Below are positions 50,323 through 60,385 of a stretch of DNA of 64,000 nucleotides, piece by piece. The translations under genes were made by a program, and so were the position numbers. The notes beneath the pieces were generated by a model, which was not told where the DNA came from, searched no databases, and worked only from the letters and a program-made list of their open reading frames with translations. Numbering within the stretch: position 1 is the stretch's first letter; the number at the start of each line of letters is the position of its first letter. The DNA comes from Actinobacteria bacterium UBA2272. Lineage in GTDB: Bacteria; Actinomycetota; Coriobacteriia; Anaerosomatales; Anaerosomataceae. Where the stretch lies: NCBI GenBank assembly GCA_002347725.1, contig DDXA01000003.1, positions 332,177 through 396,176 on the forward strand, read 5' to 3'.

Positions 50323-50416
50323 GAGGTGTCTATTCCCGAAGCCGCCCGTGATGGCCGCGTCTGCTCGCGAGCGTTAGAATGCAGGGACGTCCTCACCCTC
50401 CGCATGAAGGAGCCGC

Positions 50417-51664
50417 ATGTTCTACGACCGCACCGTACTCGACGACGGCATCACGGTCATCACCGAGTCCATGGACACCGTTCGCTCCGTCGCGCTCGGC
50501 ATCTGGTTCGCCGTAGGCAGCCGGGATGAGTCCAGGCCCGAGGCCGGCATGTCCCATTTCATGGAGCACATGATGTTCAAGGGCACGCCGACCCGGGGCG
50601 CCGCGGACATCTCGGAGGCGTTCGACCGTCTCGGCGCCGAGCTCAACGCCTTCACCAGCAAGGAGTACACGTGCTACTACGCACGCCTGCTCGACCAGCA
50701 CACGGACTCGGCGATCGAGATCCTCTCGGACATGGTCGCTGACTCGCTGCTCGCCGACGATGCGATCGCCTCCGAGCGTGAGGTCGTGTTAGAGGAGATC
50801 TCCCGCTACGAGGACTCGCCCGACGATCAGATCCACGAGTTGTTCTCCGGCACGCTCATGCCGTCGCATCCGCTCGGGCTTCCCGTGATCGGGACGAAGC
50901 AGACCGTCTCGGCGTTCGACCACGCCGCAGGCGCGGCGTTCCACCAGCGGCACTACCGGACCGGCAACGTCGTCGTAGCAGCAGCAGGCGCGCTCGATCA
51001 CGACGAGATCGTGCGTATGGTGCGCGAGCGCCTGACGCTACCGACAGGCCCGCGGAGCGAGCGCGTCCACGCCGTCCCGACGACCGAGCCGGCTCTCAAG
51101 GTCGTGCGCAAGGACACCGAGCAGGCGCACATCTGCTTCGGCGTGGCGGGTCTCGATGCGCGCCACAAGGATCGGTTCACCCTGGCGATACTCGATGGCG
51201 TCCTCGGCGGTGGCATGGCGTCGCGCCTGTTCCAGGAGATCCGGGAGAAGCGCGGACTCGCGTACGCGGTCTACTCGTATCACGCGCAGTACCAGGACAC
51301 CGGACAGTTCGTGATCTACGCAGGTACGCGACCGGACAATGCCGCCGAGGTCATCCGCCTTATCCGCGGCGAGGTCGATCGCCTCTGCGCCGACGGCATC
51401 ACCTCCGACGAGCTCGAGCGCGTCCGCGAAAGCATCAAGGGACAGATGGTCCTCGGTCTCGAGAGTACCCGGAGCAGGATGACCCGACTCGGAAAGAGCC
51501 AGGTGACGCTCGGTGAACTTCTGTCGCTCGACGAGATCGTGGAACGCATCGATGCTGTGACCACCGAAGGCGTGCACGAACTGGCCCGCCGCATCTTCGA
51601 CGGCAATCACGCGCTCGCGATGATCGCCCCGCTCGACGAACACGACGTCGCGCACCTGGTGTAG
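50417..51664 (+). CDS. M16-family zinc peptidase (PepR/MlpA-like)
   Basis: Inverted zinc motif HFMEHMMFKGT. Sits between pnp and dapB, as in Bacillus and actinobacteria. Confidence 0.88.
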   Translation: MFYDRTVLDDGITVITESMDTVRSVALGIWFAVGSRDESRPEAGMSHFMEHMMFKGTPTRGAADISEAFDRLGAELNAFTSKEYTCYYARLLDQHTDSAIEILSDMVADSLLADDAIASEREVVLEEISRYEDSPDDQIHELFSGTLMPSHPLGLPVIGTKQTVSAFDHAAGAAFHQRHYRTGNVVVAAAGALDHDEIVRMVRERLTLPTGPRSERVHAVPTTEPALKVVRKDTEQAHICFGVAGLDARHKDRFTLAILDGVLGGGMASRLFQEIREKRGLAYAVYSYHAQYQDTGQFVIYAGTRPDNAAEVIRLIRGEVDRLCADGITSDELERVRESIKGQMVLGLESTRSRMTRLGKSQVTLGELLSLDEIVERIDAVTTEGVHELARRIFDGNHALAMIAPLDEHDVAHLV

Positions 51665-51676
51665 GGGAGGACTGCG

Positions 51677-52456
51677 ATGATCACCGTACTCGTGAACGGC
51701 GCCTGCGGACGCGTGGGCCGCGAGGTCGTCCGGGCAGTACTCGCCGAGGACGGCCTCAGCCTGGTCGCGGCCGTAGACCCCGTGCATGCAGGCGAGGCGT
51801 TGGGCGAGGGAAGCGGCCTGACCATCGTCGGGGATCTGGCCGAGGCCATCGAAGCCGCACGCCCGGATGTGATGGTCGATTTCACCAACCCCGGTGTCGT
51901 CGAAGCCGCGATCGCGACTGCTCTTGGCCGCGGAGTGCACTGCGTCGTCGGGACGACCGGCCTGACGACAGCCACGCTGGAGTCGCTCGCTGCGAACGCT
52001 CCGGACGGGACCTGCCTGTTCATGGCCCCGAACTTCGCTATCGGCGCTGTGCTCATGATGCGCTTCGCTCAGACCGCGGCCCGGTACATGCCGCACGTCG
52101 AGATCATCGAGCTCCACCACGACCGCAAAGCTGACGCTCCAAGCGGGACAGCTCTCCGCACCGCGAAACTCATCGCGGGCGCCCGCACACACGTTCCTGA
52201 CGCGCCAGGGCGAGAGACCGAGCTGGCCGAAGGTGCCCGCGGCGCGATCGTCGATGAGGTAACGATCCACTCGGTGAGGCTCCCGGGTCTGGTCGCGCAC
52301 CAAGAGGTCCTCTTCGGCGGGCAGGGACAGACGCTCACCATCCGTCACGACAGCATCGACCGCACGAGCTTCATGCCGGGCGTCATCCTCGCGATCCGCG
52401 AGACGGTGAAGCGCTCAGGCCTGATCGTCGGCCTCGAGCACTACCTGGAGGTCTAG
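51677..52456 (+). CDS. dapB: 4-hydroxy-tetrahydrodipicolinate reductase
   Basis: VNGACGRVGRE and ELHHDRKADAPSGTA. Confidence 0.93.
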   Translation: MITVLVNGACGRVGREVVRAVLAEDGLSLVAAVDPVHAGEALGEGSGLTIVGDLAEAIEAARPDVMVDFTNPGVVEAAIATALGRGVHCVVGTTGLTTATLESLAANAPDGTCLFMAPNFAIGAVLMMRFAQTAARYMPHVEIIELHHDRKADAPSGTALRTAKLIAGARTHVPDAPGRETELAEGARGAIVDEVTIHSVRLPGLVAHQEVLFGGQGQTLTIRHDSIDRTSFMPGVILAIRETVKRSGLIVGLEHYLEV

Positions 52457-52457
52457 T

Positions 52458-53675
52458 GTGGCCGGACGTCCGATCGTGGTCATGAAGTTCGGCGGAACCT
52501 CGGTAGCGACGCCAGAGGGAAGGGCAGCGATCGCCAATCGTGTCACCGAGGCGCTTGAACTCGACCGGGCGCCGGTGATCGTCGTCTCGGCCATGGGACG
52601 CTCGGGCGCGCCGTACGCCACCGATACGCTCCTCGGCCTTGTGGGAGAGCTGCCCGCCGATCCCCGCGAGCGTGACCTCCTGGCCTCGACCGGCGAACTC
52701 ATCTCCGCGGTCGTGGTCGCCCATGAACTGCGCGCGGCAGGCATCGATGCCTCGGCGTTCACCGGGGCCGAGGCCGGCATCGTCACTGATGGCGCACATG
52801 AGAACGCCGCCATCATGGAGATCCATCCCGGGACACTGCTCGCCGCGATCGCGCGAGGCGGGGTGCCGGTGGTGGCGGGCTTCCAGGGCATCGCACCCGA
52901 CGGACGCGTCACGACCCTTGGCAGGGGAGGCAGCGACACGACTGCGTGCGCCCTCGGCGTGGCGCTCGATGCGCACGCCGTCGAGATCTACACCGACGTC
53001 GACGGCGTGATGACCGCCGATCCGCGCACGTGCGGCGGCGCGGCGGTGCTCGATGTGATCAGCGCCGACGAGCTCTTCCAGATGGCCAAGCACGGCTCGC
53101 GCGTGGTGCACATGCCGGCGGCCGAGCTGGCGCTCGCAAGCGGCCTTGCCGTGCGCGTGCGCAACACCTATACCGATCACCCCGGCACGCAGGTGGCGGA
53201 CATCGCGTCGTACCGCCCCGCGTCTGTGGCAACTGCCGTGTCGCACTCCACCGGCGTGGCGCGCATCCGCGTGGACCTGCCGCCGGAGGACGACGCTGCC
53301 GCACACATGGCGGCTCAGACACGCGTGTTCCGCTCGATGGCCGACGCCGCCGTCTCGCTCGACATGTTCACGCCGTCGGCGGCCACACTCGTGTTCACGC
53401 TACCTGAGGCTGATGTCGACCGTGCGTGTGAGGTGCTCCGCTCACTTGGTATGGCACACGAGGTTCGCGGGAGGCTGGCCAAGATCACGCTCGTGGGCGC
53501 GGGCATGCACGGAGTCCCGGGCGTGATGGCGCGCGTCGCCGAGTCGCTTGCCGAAGCCGGGGTGAACGTGCTGCAGGTAGCGGACAGCCACACGACGATA
53601 TCGGTGCTGATAGCTGCCGATGAGGCCGACCGCGCCGTGGGGGCGCTGCACGACGGGTTCGGGCTGGGCGAGTAG
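52458..53675 (+). CDS. lysC: Aspartate kinase (monofunctional, two ACT domains)
   Basis: GTG 52458, 7 nt after GGAG. Contains VMKFGGTSV and GRGGSDTTA. 405 aa. Confidence 0.9.
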   Translation: MAGRPIVVMKFGGTSVATPEGRAAIANRVTEALELDRAPVIVVSAMGRSGAPYATDTLLGLVGELPADPRERDLLASTGELISAVVVAHELRAAGIDASAFTGAEAGIVTDGAHENAAIMEIHPGTLLAAIARGGVPVVAGFQGIAPDGRVTTLGRGGSDTTACALGVALDAHAVEIYTDVDGVMTADPRTCGGAAVLDVISADELFQMAKHGSRVVHMPAAELALASGLAVRVRNTYTDHPGTQVADIASYRPASVATAVSHSTGVARIRVDLPPEDDAAAHMAAQTRVFRSMADAAVSLDMFTPSAATLVFTLPEADVDRACEVLRSLGMAHEVRGRLAKITLVGAGMHGVPGVMARVAESLAEAGVNVLQVADSHTTISVLIAADEADRAVGALHDGFGLGE

Positions 53676-53871
53676 GGCCGCCGCCGCCCGCGCGACTACT
53701 GCCCCGCGATCGGAATCCTGCGCTCCCAACGGTATGTACCACTCCACAGGTAACGCCCCCGTCACCAACCGCCCCCTCATTCGGCGGTTTGGTCTGCTCT
53801 GTGGCACAATACTTCGGTAATCACACGTACCCAGGCGTCGGGACAACGCCTTGACCTAAGGGGCGATCACC

Positions 53872-54765
53872 ATGCCCGCACCGCGCTTCGGCCGCCTCAC
53901 AACCGCCATGGTCACGCCGTTCACGCCCGACGGTGGACTCGATCTTCCACGCGCGCAGGAACTCGCGCTTCGCCTGCTGGACGAAGGCAGCGACGCACTC
54001 GTCGTGTGCGGCACCACGGGCGAGTCGCCGACGGTCTTCTACGACGACAAGATGCGCCTGTTCGAAGCCGTGCTCGAGGCTGTCGACGGTCAGGCACCGG
54101 TCATCGCGAACGCCGGCGACAACTGCACCGACGACTCGGTGGCCTTCGCGCGCAAGGTCGTGGGCCTGGGCGTAGACGCGATCATGGCCGTGGTGCCGTA
54201 CTACAACAAGCCCCCGCAGGAGGGACTCTACCGCCACTTCGGCGCCATCGCGTCTGCCGTGAGTGTCCCGGTCATCCTCTACAACATCCCGGGGCGCAGT
54301 GTCGTGAACCTCGATGCTTCGACCACACTGAGACTGGCCGCGAATTTCGAGAACATCGTGGCGGTCAAGGAGGCGAGCTCCAACCTCACCCAGATCGCCT
54401 CCATCATCGACGGGGCTCCCCTCGGGTTCGAGGTCCTCTCGGGCAACGACGAGGACACGCTCCCGATGATGGGACTCGGTGCCACGGGCGTGATCTCCGT
54501 CGCCTCACACATCGCGGGTCCGCAGCTGGCCGAGATGCTGGGCGCGCAGGCAAACGGTGACCACACCCGCGCGCTCAAGATCCACCTCGAACTGATGCCG
54601 CTGTTCAAGGCGCTGTTCATGACCGCCAACCCCATCATGGTCAAGAAGGCACTCGAACTCGTCGGCTTCCCGGTGGGCGAGACGCGCCTGCCGCTTATTC
54701 CCGCTACCGACGAGCAGACCGCCGAGCTCGCACGCATCATGCGTCACCTCGGCCTCATCACCTGA
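53872..54765 (+). CDS. dapA: 4-hydroxy-tetrahydrodipicolinate synthase
   Basis: CGTTGESPT, YYNKP and the Schiff-base Lys region AVKEAS. Confidence 0.94.
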   Translation: MPAPRFGRLTTAMVTPFTPDGGLDLPRAQELALRLLDEGSDALVVCGTTGESPTVFYDDKMRLFEAVLEAVDGQAPVIANAGDNCTDDSVAFARKVVGLGVDAIMAVVPYYNKPPQEGLYRHFGAIASAVSVPVILYNIPGRSVVNLDASTTLRLAANFENIVAVKEASSNLTQIASIIDGAPLGFEVLSGNDEDTLPMMGLGATGVISVASHIAGPQLAEMLGAQANGDHTRALKIHLELMPLFKALFMTANPIMVKKALELVGFPVGETRLPLIPATDEQTAELARIMRHLGLIT

Positions 54766-54837
54766 CCGATACGCGACCTCGTGAGGTCGCGTGACCTGTA
54801 CACGCACCATGACCTAAGGAGTACGACTCAGCACCTG

Positions 54838-56508
54838 ATGACATCGAAGAAGAACCGCCTCCGCGTCATCCCGCTCGGTGGGCTCGACGGGATCGGCAAG
54901 AACATGACCGTGCTCGAGTACGGGAACGACATGGTAGTCATCGACGCGGGACTCATGTTCCCCGACGATGATCACCCCGGGATCGACCTGATCCTGCCCG
55001 ACTACAGCTACATCGTCCAACGCAAGGAGAAGCTTCGCGGCATCGTGATCACCCACGGCCACGAAGATCACACAGGGGCGCTGCCCTACCTGCTCAACGA
55101 CCTCGGCCAACCGGTCCCCGTGCTCGGCACGAGGCTCACGCTCGGCATCATCCAGGGCAAGCTCGACGAACACAAGATCAAGAAGCCGAAGCTCCGCGAG
55201 ATCAAGCCCGGCGGCCACGTGAACCTCGGGCTGTTCGGCATGGACTTCATGGCGGTGAACCATTCCATCCCTGACGGTGTCGGCATATTCATACGCACCC
55301 CGGCGGGAACGGTTCTTCACACCGGTGACTTCAAGCTCGATCAGACCCCGATAGACGGACGGTTCACGGACTACGCCGCATTCGCACGGGCATCCAAGGC
55401 CGGCGTCACGCTGATGATGTCGGACTCGACGAACGCGGAGAGTCCCGGAAGCACGGCCTCCGAGGCGGTCGTGGGCAAGACCCTGCGCGATATCTTCGCC
55501 GCCGCCGACCAGCGCATCATCGTGGCGTCGTTCGCATCACACATCCACCGCGTCCAGCAGGTCTGCGACGCTGCCGTTGCCTGCGGACGCAAGGTCGTCG
55601 TCACGGGCCGCTCGATGATCAACACGACGAAGATCGCGCGCGAACTCGGCTACCTTCACATCGCCGATGAAGACCTTGTCGACGCGTTCCAGATGGGTGA
55701 CCTCCCCGCGGACAAGGTGGTCGTGATGTGTACGGGCAGCCAGGGCGAACCGCTCTCGGCGCTCGCACGGATCGCCAACGGCGATCACCGCACCGTGAAG
55801 ATCGAGGAGGGTGACACGGTCGTCATCTCGGCCACGCCGATACCCGGCAACGAGAAGGCCGTCAGCCGCGTCATGAACCGTCTGTACAAGGCGGGGGCGA
55901 AAGTCGTCCATAAGGGTATGGCCCGCGTCCACGTTTCGGGTCACGGTGCATCAGAAGAGCTCAAGATGATGCTGAACCTGGTGAAGCCGACCCACTTCAT
56001 GCCCATCCACGGAGAGACCCGGCACCTCTACGCACACGCGGGACTCGCCCGTGACGTCGGCATCCCCGACGAGAACATCTTCATCCTCGAAAACGGTCGC
56101 TGCCTGGAGATCGACGAAGACGGCGTCCGTCTCGGCGAGCAGGTGACCTCCGGCGTCGTGTACGTGGACGGATTGGCCGTGGGCGACCTCGGCCACGTCA
56201 TCCTTCGCGACCGCCAGGTGCTCTCCAGCGACGGCATCGCGGTCATCGTCGTGGCGCTGGACACCCGGACGGGTGCGATCGCAGGCGACATCGAGTTCGT
56301 CACCGCCGGCCTCGTCCTCGGCTCGGACACCGAAGGCGCGCTTGCAGCCGGTCGCATCCGGCTCGACAAGATCCTCAAGCGCACATCGGGGGAGGGCGTC
56401 ACCGACCAGGCCGTGATCAAGAAGGCGCTTCGGGACTCCTTCTCGCAGTTCGTCTGGGAGACCGCGCGCAGACGTCCGATGATCATCCCTATCGTGATGG
56501 AGGTCTAG
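54838..56508 (+). CDS. rnj: Ribonuclease J
   Basis: Trimmed to ATG 54838. Beta-lactamase/beta-CASP fold with ITHGHEDHTGA and HVSGHG. Confidence 0.93.
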   Translation: MTSKKNRLRVIPLGGLDGIGKNMTVLEYGNDMVVIDAGLMFPDDDHPGIDLILPDYSYIVQRKEKLRGIVITHGHEDHTGALPYLLNDLGQPVPVLGTRLTLGIIQGKLDEHKIKKPKLREIKPGGHVNLGLFGMDFMAVNHSIPDGVGIFIRTPAGTVLHTGDFKLDQTPIDGRFTDYAAFARASKAGVTLMMSDSTNAESPGSTASEAVVGKTLRDIFAAADQRIIVASFASHIHRVQQVCDAAVACGRKVVVTGRSMINTTKIARELGYLHIADEDLVDAFQMGDLPADKVVVMCTGSQGEPLSALARIANGDHRTVKIEEGDTVVISATPIPGNEKAVSRVMNRLYKAGAKVVHKGMARVHVSGHGASEELKMMLNLVKPTHFMPIHGETRHLYAHAGLARDVGIPDENIFILENGRCLEIDEDGVRLGEQVTSGVVYVDGLAVGDLGHVILRDRQVLSSDGIAVIVVALDTRTGAIAGDIEFVTAGLVLGSDTEGALAAGRIRLDKILKRTSGEGVTDQAVIKKALRDSFSQFVWETARRRPMIIPIVMEV

Positions 56509-57312
56509 GTGACGGTCCTCGAGGCGATCATCCTCGGCATCACCCAGGGCGCCGCGGAGTTCCTGCCCATCTCGTCATCGGGGCACCTCGTGATCGTCCC
56601 CGCGCTCTTCGGGTGGGACAAGCCGGCTGTGGCCTTCGACGTGCTGCTTCACCTGGGCACCCTGCTGGCCGTCATCGTCTACTTCCGGGCCGACCTGTGG
56701 CGCATGGTGCGCGGGTTCTTCTCCACCGCTCCCGAACGTGCCCCCGAGCGCCGGCTTGCGTGGCTCATCATCATCGGCACCATCCCGACCGGACTGATCG
56801 GCCTCGCGTTCGACGACGTGTTCGAGCGCCTCTTCGGCGCGGTGCTGTACGTCGGCGTCTTCCTCATCGTGACCGCCGTCGTCCTCACGCTCGCCGAGTG
56901 GCTGTCGCGCCAGCGGGAGCACGACCCATCCGACTTGCGCTGGTGGCAGGCGGCGCTCATCGGCGTCGCACAGGGAGCGGCGATAGCACCCGGGATCTCG
57001 CGGGCCGGCTCCACGATGGCCGCGGGACTCGCCATCGGGCTCGATCGCGAGCAGGCCGCGCGCTTCTCGTTCCTGCTCTCCGTGCCGAGCATCCTGCTCG
57101 CCGGTGGGTGGGCCGCTCGCGAGCTGCTCGGCGGGGGTGTCGTCATGCCGTCGCCCGGCGTGAGCGCCCTCGGGTTCCTTGCGGCCGCTGTGAGCGGTTA
57201 TGCTGCAATCGCAGGGTTGCTCGCATACCTGCGCAAGCGACCGCTCTATCCGTTCGCGGCGTACTGCGCGGTTGCGGGACTCGGCATCATCGTGTGGCAG
57301 CTGCTGGGATGA
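56509..57312 (+). CDS. uppP: Undecaprenyl-diphosphatase (BacA/UppP)
   Basis: GTG start directly after the rnj stop. EFLPISSSGHL and PGISRAGSTM motifs. 8 TM helices. Confidence 0.92.
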   Translation: MTVLEAIILGITQGAAEFLPISSSGHLVIVPALFGWDKPAVAFDVLLHLGTLLAVIVYFRADLWRMVRGFFSTAPERAPERRLAWLIIIGTIPTGLIGLAFDDVFERLFGAVLYVGVFLIVTAVVLTLAEWLSRQREHDPSDLRWWQAALIGVAQGAAIAPGISRAGSTMAAGLAIGLDREQAARFSFLLSVPSILLAGGWAARELLGGGVVMPSPGVSALGFLAAAVSGYAAIAGLLAYLRKRPLYPFAAYCAVAGLGIIVWQLLG

Positions 57313-57325
57313 GGTCCCGATACTG

Positions 57326-59560
57326 ATGGCGACTCAGAAGAAGACGACGAAACGGTCATCGCCGTCACGCCCGACTGCGAAGCGCGGACCGGCACCGCCG
57401 CCGGTACTCGACACCGACAGCCGCCACGAGATAGTCGGCATCATCCTCGCGGCCACCGCTATCGCCCTGGCCATTGCAGTACTGACTCATTCGAACGGCA
57501 TCGTCCCGCAGGCGATCTCCGGTGCGATGCGCCTCGGATTCGGTCTCGGCGCCTACGCCATACCGGTCATCGTGCTCCTGTGGGCGGTCACCTTCTTCGT
57601 CCGCTCGGTGCGTGTCGACGAGGTGCGTGTCGGCCTCGGACTGGCAGTCGTGCTCGTGGCTTCCATCACGGCACTGTCGGTCGGCAACGACCCCGTCACA
57701 CAGTGGGAGCCGCTCACGCTCACCGGCACGGGCGGCTACATCGGCGGAGGATCCGCATGGCTTCTGCGGAGCCTCCTCGGCACGCCGATCGCCTACGTCG
57801 TCTCGATCGCACTCATCCTCGTTGGGCTCGTCATCGCCGGACTCTCGATCTCCGAGCTGTTCGATCGGCTCCGCGAGAAGCTCAGCCCCGCCGAGACCGA
57901 GTTCGAGACACCGGTGCAGGCGTCCAGGCGCCGGGCCGCGAAGACCACGCCGCTTGCCGAGTTCGAGGCCGAGTCCGAGTTTGCCCGCACGCCCCAGCGC
58001 CCCGCGGCACGCAGGCGCGGCACCTCGGATCCCGAGTCCTCGCGCGAAACGCTACCCACAGCGCAACCGGCACCCCCGCGATCGCTCGAGGGCTTCGAAC
58101 TGCCGCCTGTCGGTGCACTCAAGTGCACTCCCGAGACCGCGGCGCAGCACAAGGCCTCCGAGAAGGAGCTCCGCCAGACAGCCGATCTCATCGAGCAGAC
58201 GCTCGCCACGTTCGACATCGCCTCGCGTGTCGTCGGTTGGGTACCGGGCCCGACGGTCACGATGTTCGAGTTGGAGATCGCCAAGGGCGTGAAGCTCAAC
58301 CGCGTCACAGCCCTCTCCGATGACCTCGCCCTCGCGCTCGCCGCGCCGACGATCCGCTTCCTGGCGCCGATCCCCGGCAAGAGCTACGTCGGCATCGAGG
58401 TTCCCAACGCCGGGCGGACCACCGTCACCCTTGGCGACGTCCTCCACTCCGGCCTCATCGCCGACCCGCGCCCGCTGCTGCTCGCCATCGGAAAGGACGT
58501 CGCGGGCGAGCAGATCGCGGCGGACCTGGCGGCGATGCCGCATATGCTCATCGCCGGCTCTACCGGCACGGGCAAGTCGGTCTGCATAAACGCGCTCATC
58601 ATGTCGATCCTCATGCGGGCGACCCCCGCCGAGGTCCGGCTGATCCTCATCGACCCCAAGCGCATCGAGCTCAACCTCTACAACGGCGTTCCGCATCTCT
58701 ACGTGCCCGTGGTCACCGAGGCCAAGGAAGCTGCCTCGGCCCTGCACTGGGCGGTGGGGGAGATGGATGCCCGCCTGAAGAAGCTCCAGAAGCTCGGTGC
58801 CCGCAATATCGCGCAGTACAACACGAACGTCCGCACTGGCAAGGCGCCCGAGGGCACCGAGGAGCTGCCGTACCTCGTGATCATCATCGACGAACTCGCG
58901 GACCTCATGATGGTGGCCGCCAAAGAGGTCGAGGACTCGATCGTACGCCTCGCGCAGCTCGCCCGTGCCGCCGGTATCCACCTCATCGTCGCCACACAGC
59001 GGCCATCCACCGACATCATCACCGGGCTTATCAAGACCAACATCACGCACCGCATCGCGTTTGCGGTGTCCTCCGGTATCGACAGCCGCGTCATCCTCGA
59101 CACTGCCGGCGCTGAGAAGCTCATCGGGCTGGGCGACATGCTCTTCTCCACACCCGCGTGGCCCAAACCCCGCCGCATCCAGGGCGCATTCGTGACCGAG
59201 GAAGAGATCGAGACGATCGTCACGCACGTCAAGGGGCAGGCCGAACCCGAGTACCACGAGGAGATCCTGCACCTCAAGGTGACGGGCGCCTCGGGTACTC
59301 TCGAGAGCAGCGACGATGACGATCCGCTCCTGTGGGAGGCCGCCGACATGGTGGTCACGAGCGGCATGGGCTCGACGTCGCTTCTCCAGCGGCGGCTCAA
59401 GGTCGGGTATGCTCGGGCGGGACGCATCATGGACATGCTCGAATCCAAGGGCATCGTCGGACCTCCCGATGGCAGCCGCCCCCGGGAAGTGCAGGTAGAT
59501 GTCGAGGACCTCGAAGCGCTCAAGCTGTTCGAGCGCGAGGAGCGCGATCCCGATGCCTGA
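57326..59560 (+). CDS. ftsK: DNA translocase FtsK
   Basis: Trimmed to ATG 57326. N-terminal TM helices, Pro/Arg-rich linker, Walker A GSTGTGKSV, IIDELADLMM, and a gamma wHTH (LLQRRLKVGYARAGRIMDMLE). Confidence 0.93.
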   Translation: MATQKKTTKRSSPSRPTAKRGPAPPPVLDTDSRHEIVGIILAATAIALAIAVLTHSNGIVPQAISGAMRLGFGLGAYAIPVIVLLWAVTFFVRSVRVDEVRVGLGLAVVLVASITALSVGNDPVTQWEPLTLTGTGGYIGGGSAWLLRSLLGTPIAYVVSIALILVGLVIAGLSISELFDRLREKLSPAETEFETPVQASRRRAAKTTPLAEFEAESEFARTPQRPAARRRGTSDPESSRETLPTAQPAPPRSLEGFELPPVGALKCTPETAAQHKASEKELRQTADLIEQTLATFDIASRVVGWVPGPTVTMFELEIAKGVKLNRVTALSDDLALALAAPTIRFLAPIPGKSYVGIEVPNAGRTTVTLGDVLHSGLIADPRPLLLAIGKDVAGEQIAADLAAMPHMLIAGSTGTGKSVCINALIMSILMRATPAEVRLILIDPKRIELNLYNGVPHLYVPVVTEAKEAASALHWAVGEMDARLKKLQKLGARNIAQYNTNVRTGKAPEGTEELPYLVIIIDELADLMMVAAKEVEDSIVRLAQLARAAGIHLIVATQRPSTDIITGLIKTNITHRIAFAVSSGIDSRVILDTAGAEKLIGLGDMLFSTPAWPKPRRIQGAFVTEEEIETIVTHVKGQAEPEYHEEILHLKVTGASGTLESSDDDDPLLWEAADMVVTSGMGSTSLLQRRLKVGYARAGRIMDMLESKGIVGPPDGSRPREVQVDVEDLEALKLFEREERDPDA

Positions 59561-59590
59561 ACCGGCCGTGCCCCGCTGTCTTAGGAAGGC

Positions 59591-60358
59591 GTGAACGTGC
59601 CCGTTGGGAAGACACTCGCCGCCGCGCGCCGCCGCCAGAGCAAGACCCTGGCTGAGATACAGGCCGCAACGCACATCATGGGGCGCACGCTCAACGCGCT
59701 CGAAGACGAGCGCTGGGACGACCTGCCGTCCCAGGTCTACGTGAAGGGCTATATCCAGAACTACGCCCAGGCGCTCGGCATCGATCCGGCACCCCTGCTT
59801 GCCGAGTACGCGGCCGACCTCGGCGCAGCGACGGCCGCTCCCAAACTCACGCGCATCCCAGGCAGGACCATCGTCCCGCAACAGCGCGAGATCCACTCGG
59901 TCCCGCGACAGGTCTGGATCCTGCTGGTGGTCGTTGTGGCCGTCGTCGGTCTTGCCATCTGGGGCGTCACGGTCCTCCTGAGCGGAGACGACACCCCGCC
60001 GCCGATCCCGCCCGCGACGTCCGAGAGTCCGGCGGCGACCGATACGGTGCCCGGAGTGACCGGCGCGGATATCGTGACGCCGACGATCGATGCCGAGGGG
60101 ACCCCGGCTGCCGGAGCGTTCACGCTCGTGGTCTCGGTGGCCGAAGGGCAGTCCTCGTGGCTCAAGATCGAGGTGGACGGACTGACCGCATACGAAGGCA
60201 CGCTGCCCGGCGGACAGCAGAAGAGCTACAGCGTCACCGACGAGGCCACCGTGCGGATCGGGAAACCGGCCGCAGTGAGTGTCACCCGCGATGGCGCAGC
60301 CGTCGAGGTCCCGCTCGGCACCGGCACTGCCGAGGTACGCCTGAGCGCGGAGGAATGA
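59591..60358 (+). CDS. RodZ-like membrane protein (XRE-type HTH + TM + DUF4115-like C-terminus)
   Basis: HTH LAEIQAATHIMGRTLNALE, YVKGYIQNYAQALG, a single TM helix and a beta-rich C-terminal domain. Start is GTG 59591 or GTG 59597 (better SD spacing). Confidence 0.75.
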   Translation: MNVPVGKTLAAARRRQSKTLAEIQAATHIMGRTLNALEDERWDDLPSQVYVKGYIQNYAQALGIDPAPLLAEYAADLGAATAAPKLTRIPGRTIVPQQREIHSVPRQVWILLVVVVAVVGLAIWGVTVLLSGDDTPPPIPPATSESPAATDTVPGVTGADIVTPTIDAEGTPAAGAFTLVVSVAEGQSSWLKIEVDGLTAYEGTLPGGQQKSYSVTDEATVRIGKPAAVSVTRDGAAVEVPLGTGTAEVRLSAEE

Positions 60359-60385
60359 CCGCAACCACATGACGGAGGTGTCCTG

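Noticed and set aside
53676-53871. Possible lysine riboswitch (L-box) between lysC and dapA.
   Set aside because: I could not find the conserved L-box core segments (for example the AGAGGNGC-type 5' element or the GAAAGGGG-type junction). An Infernal scan would be needed to be certain.
58052-60370. 772-aa ORF antisense to ftsK and the rodZ-like gene.
   Set aside because: It spans two independently supported + strand genes and the gap between them. It has low-complexity Arg/Gly/Asp composition and is an artefact of GC-rich sequence.
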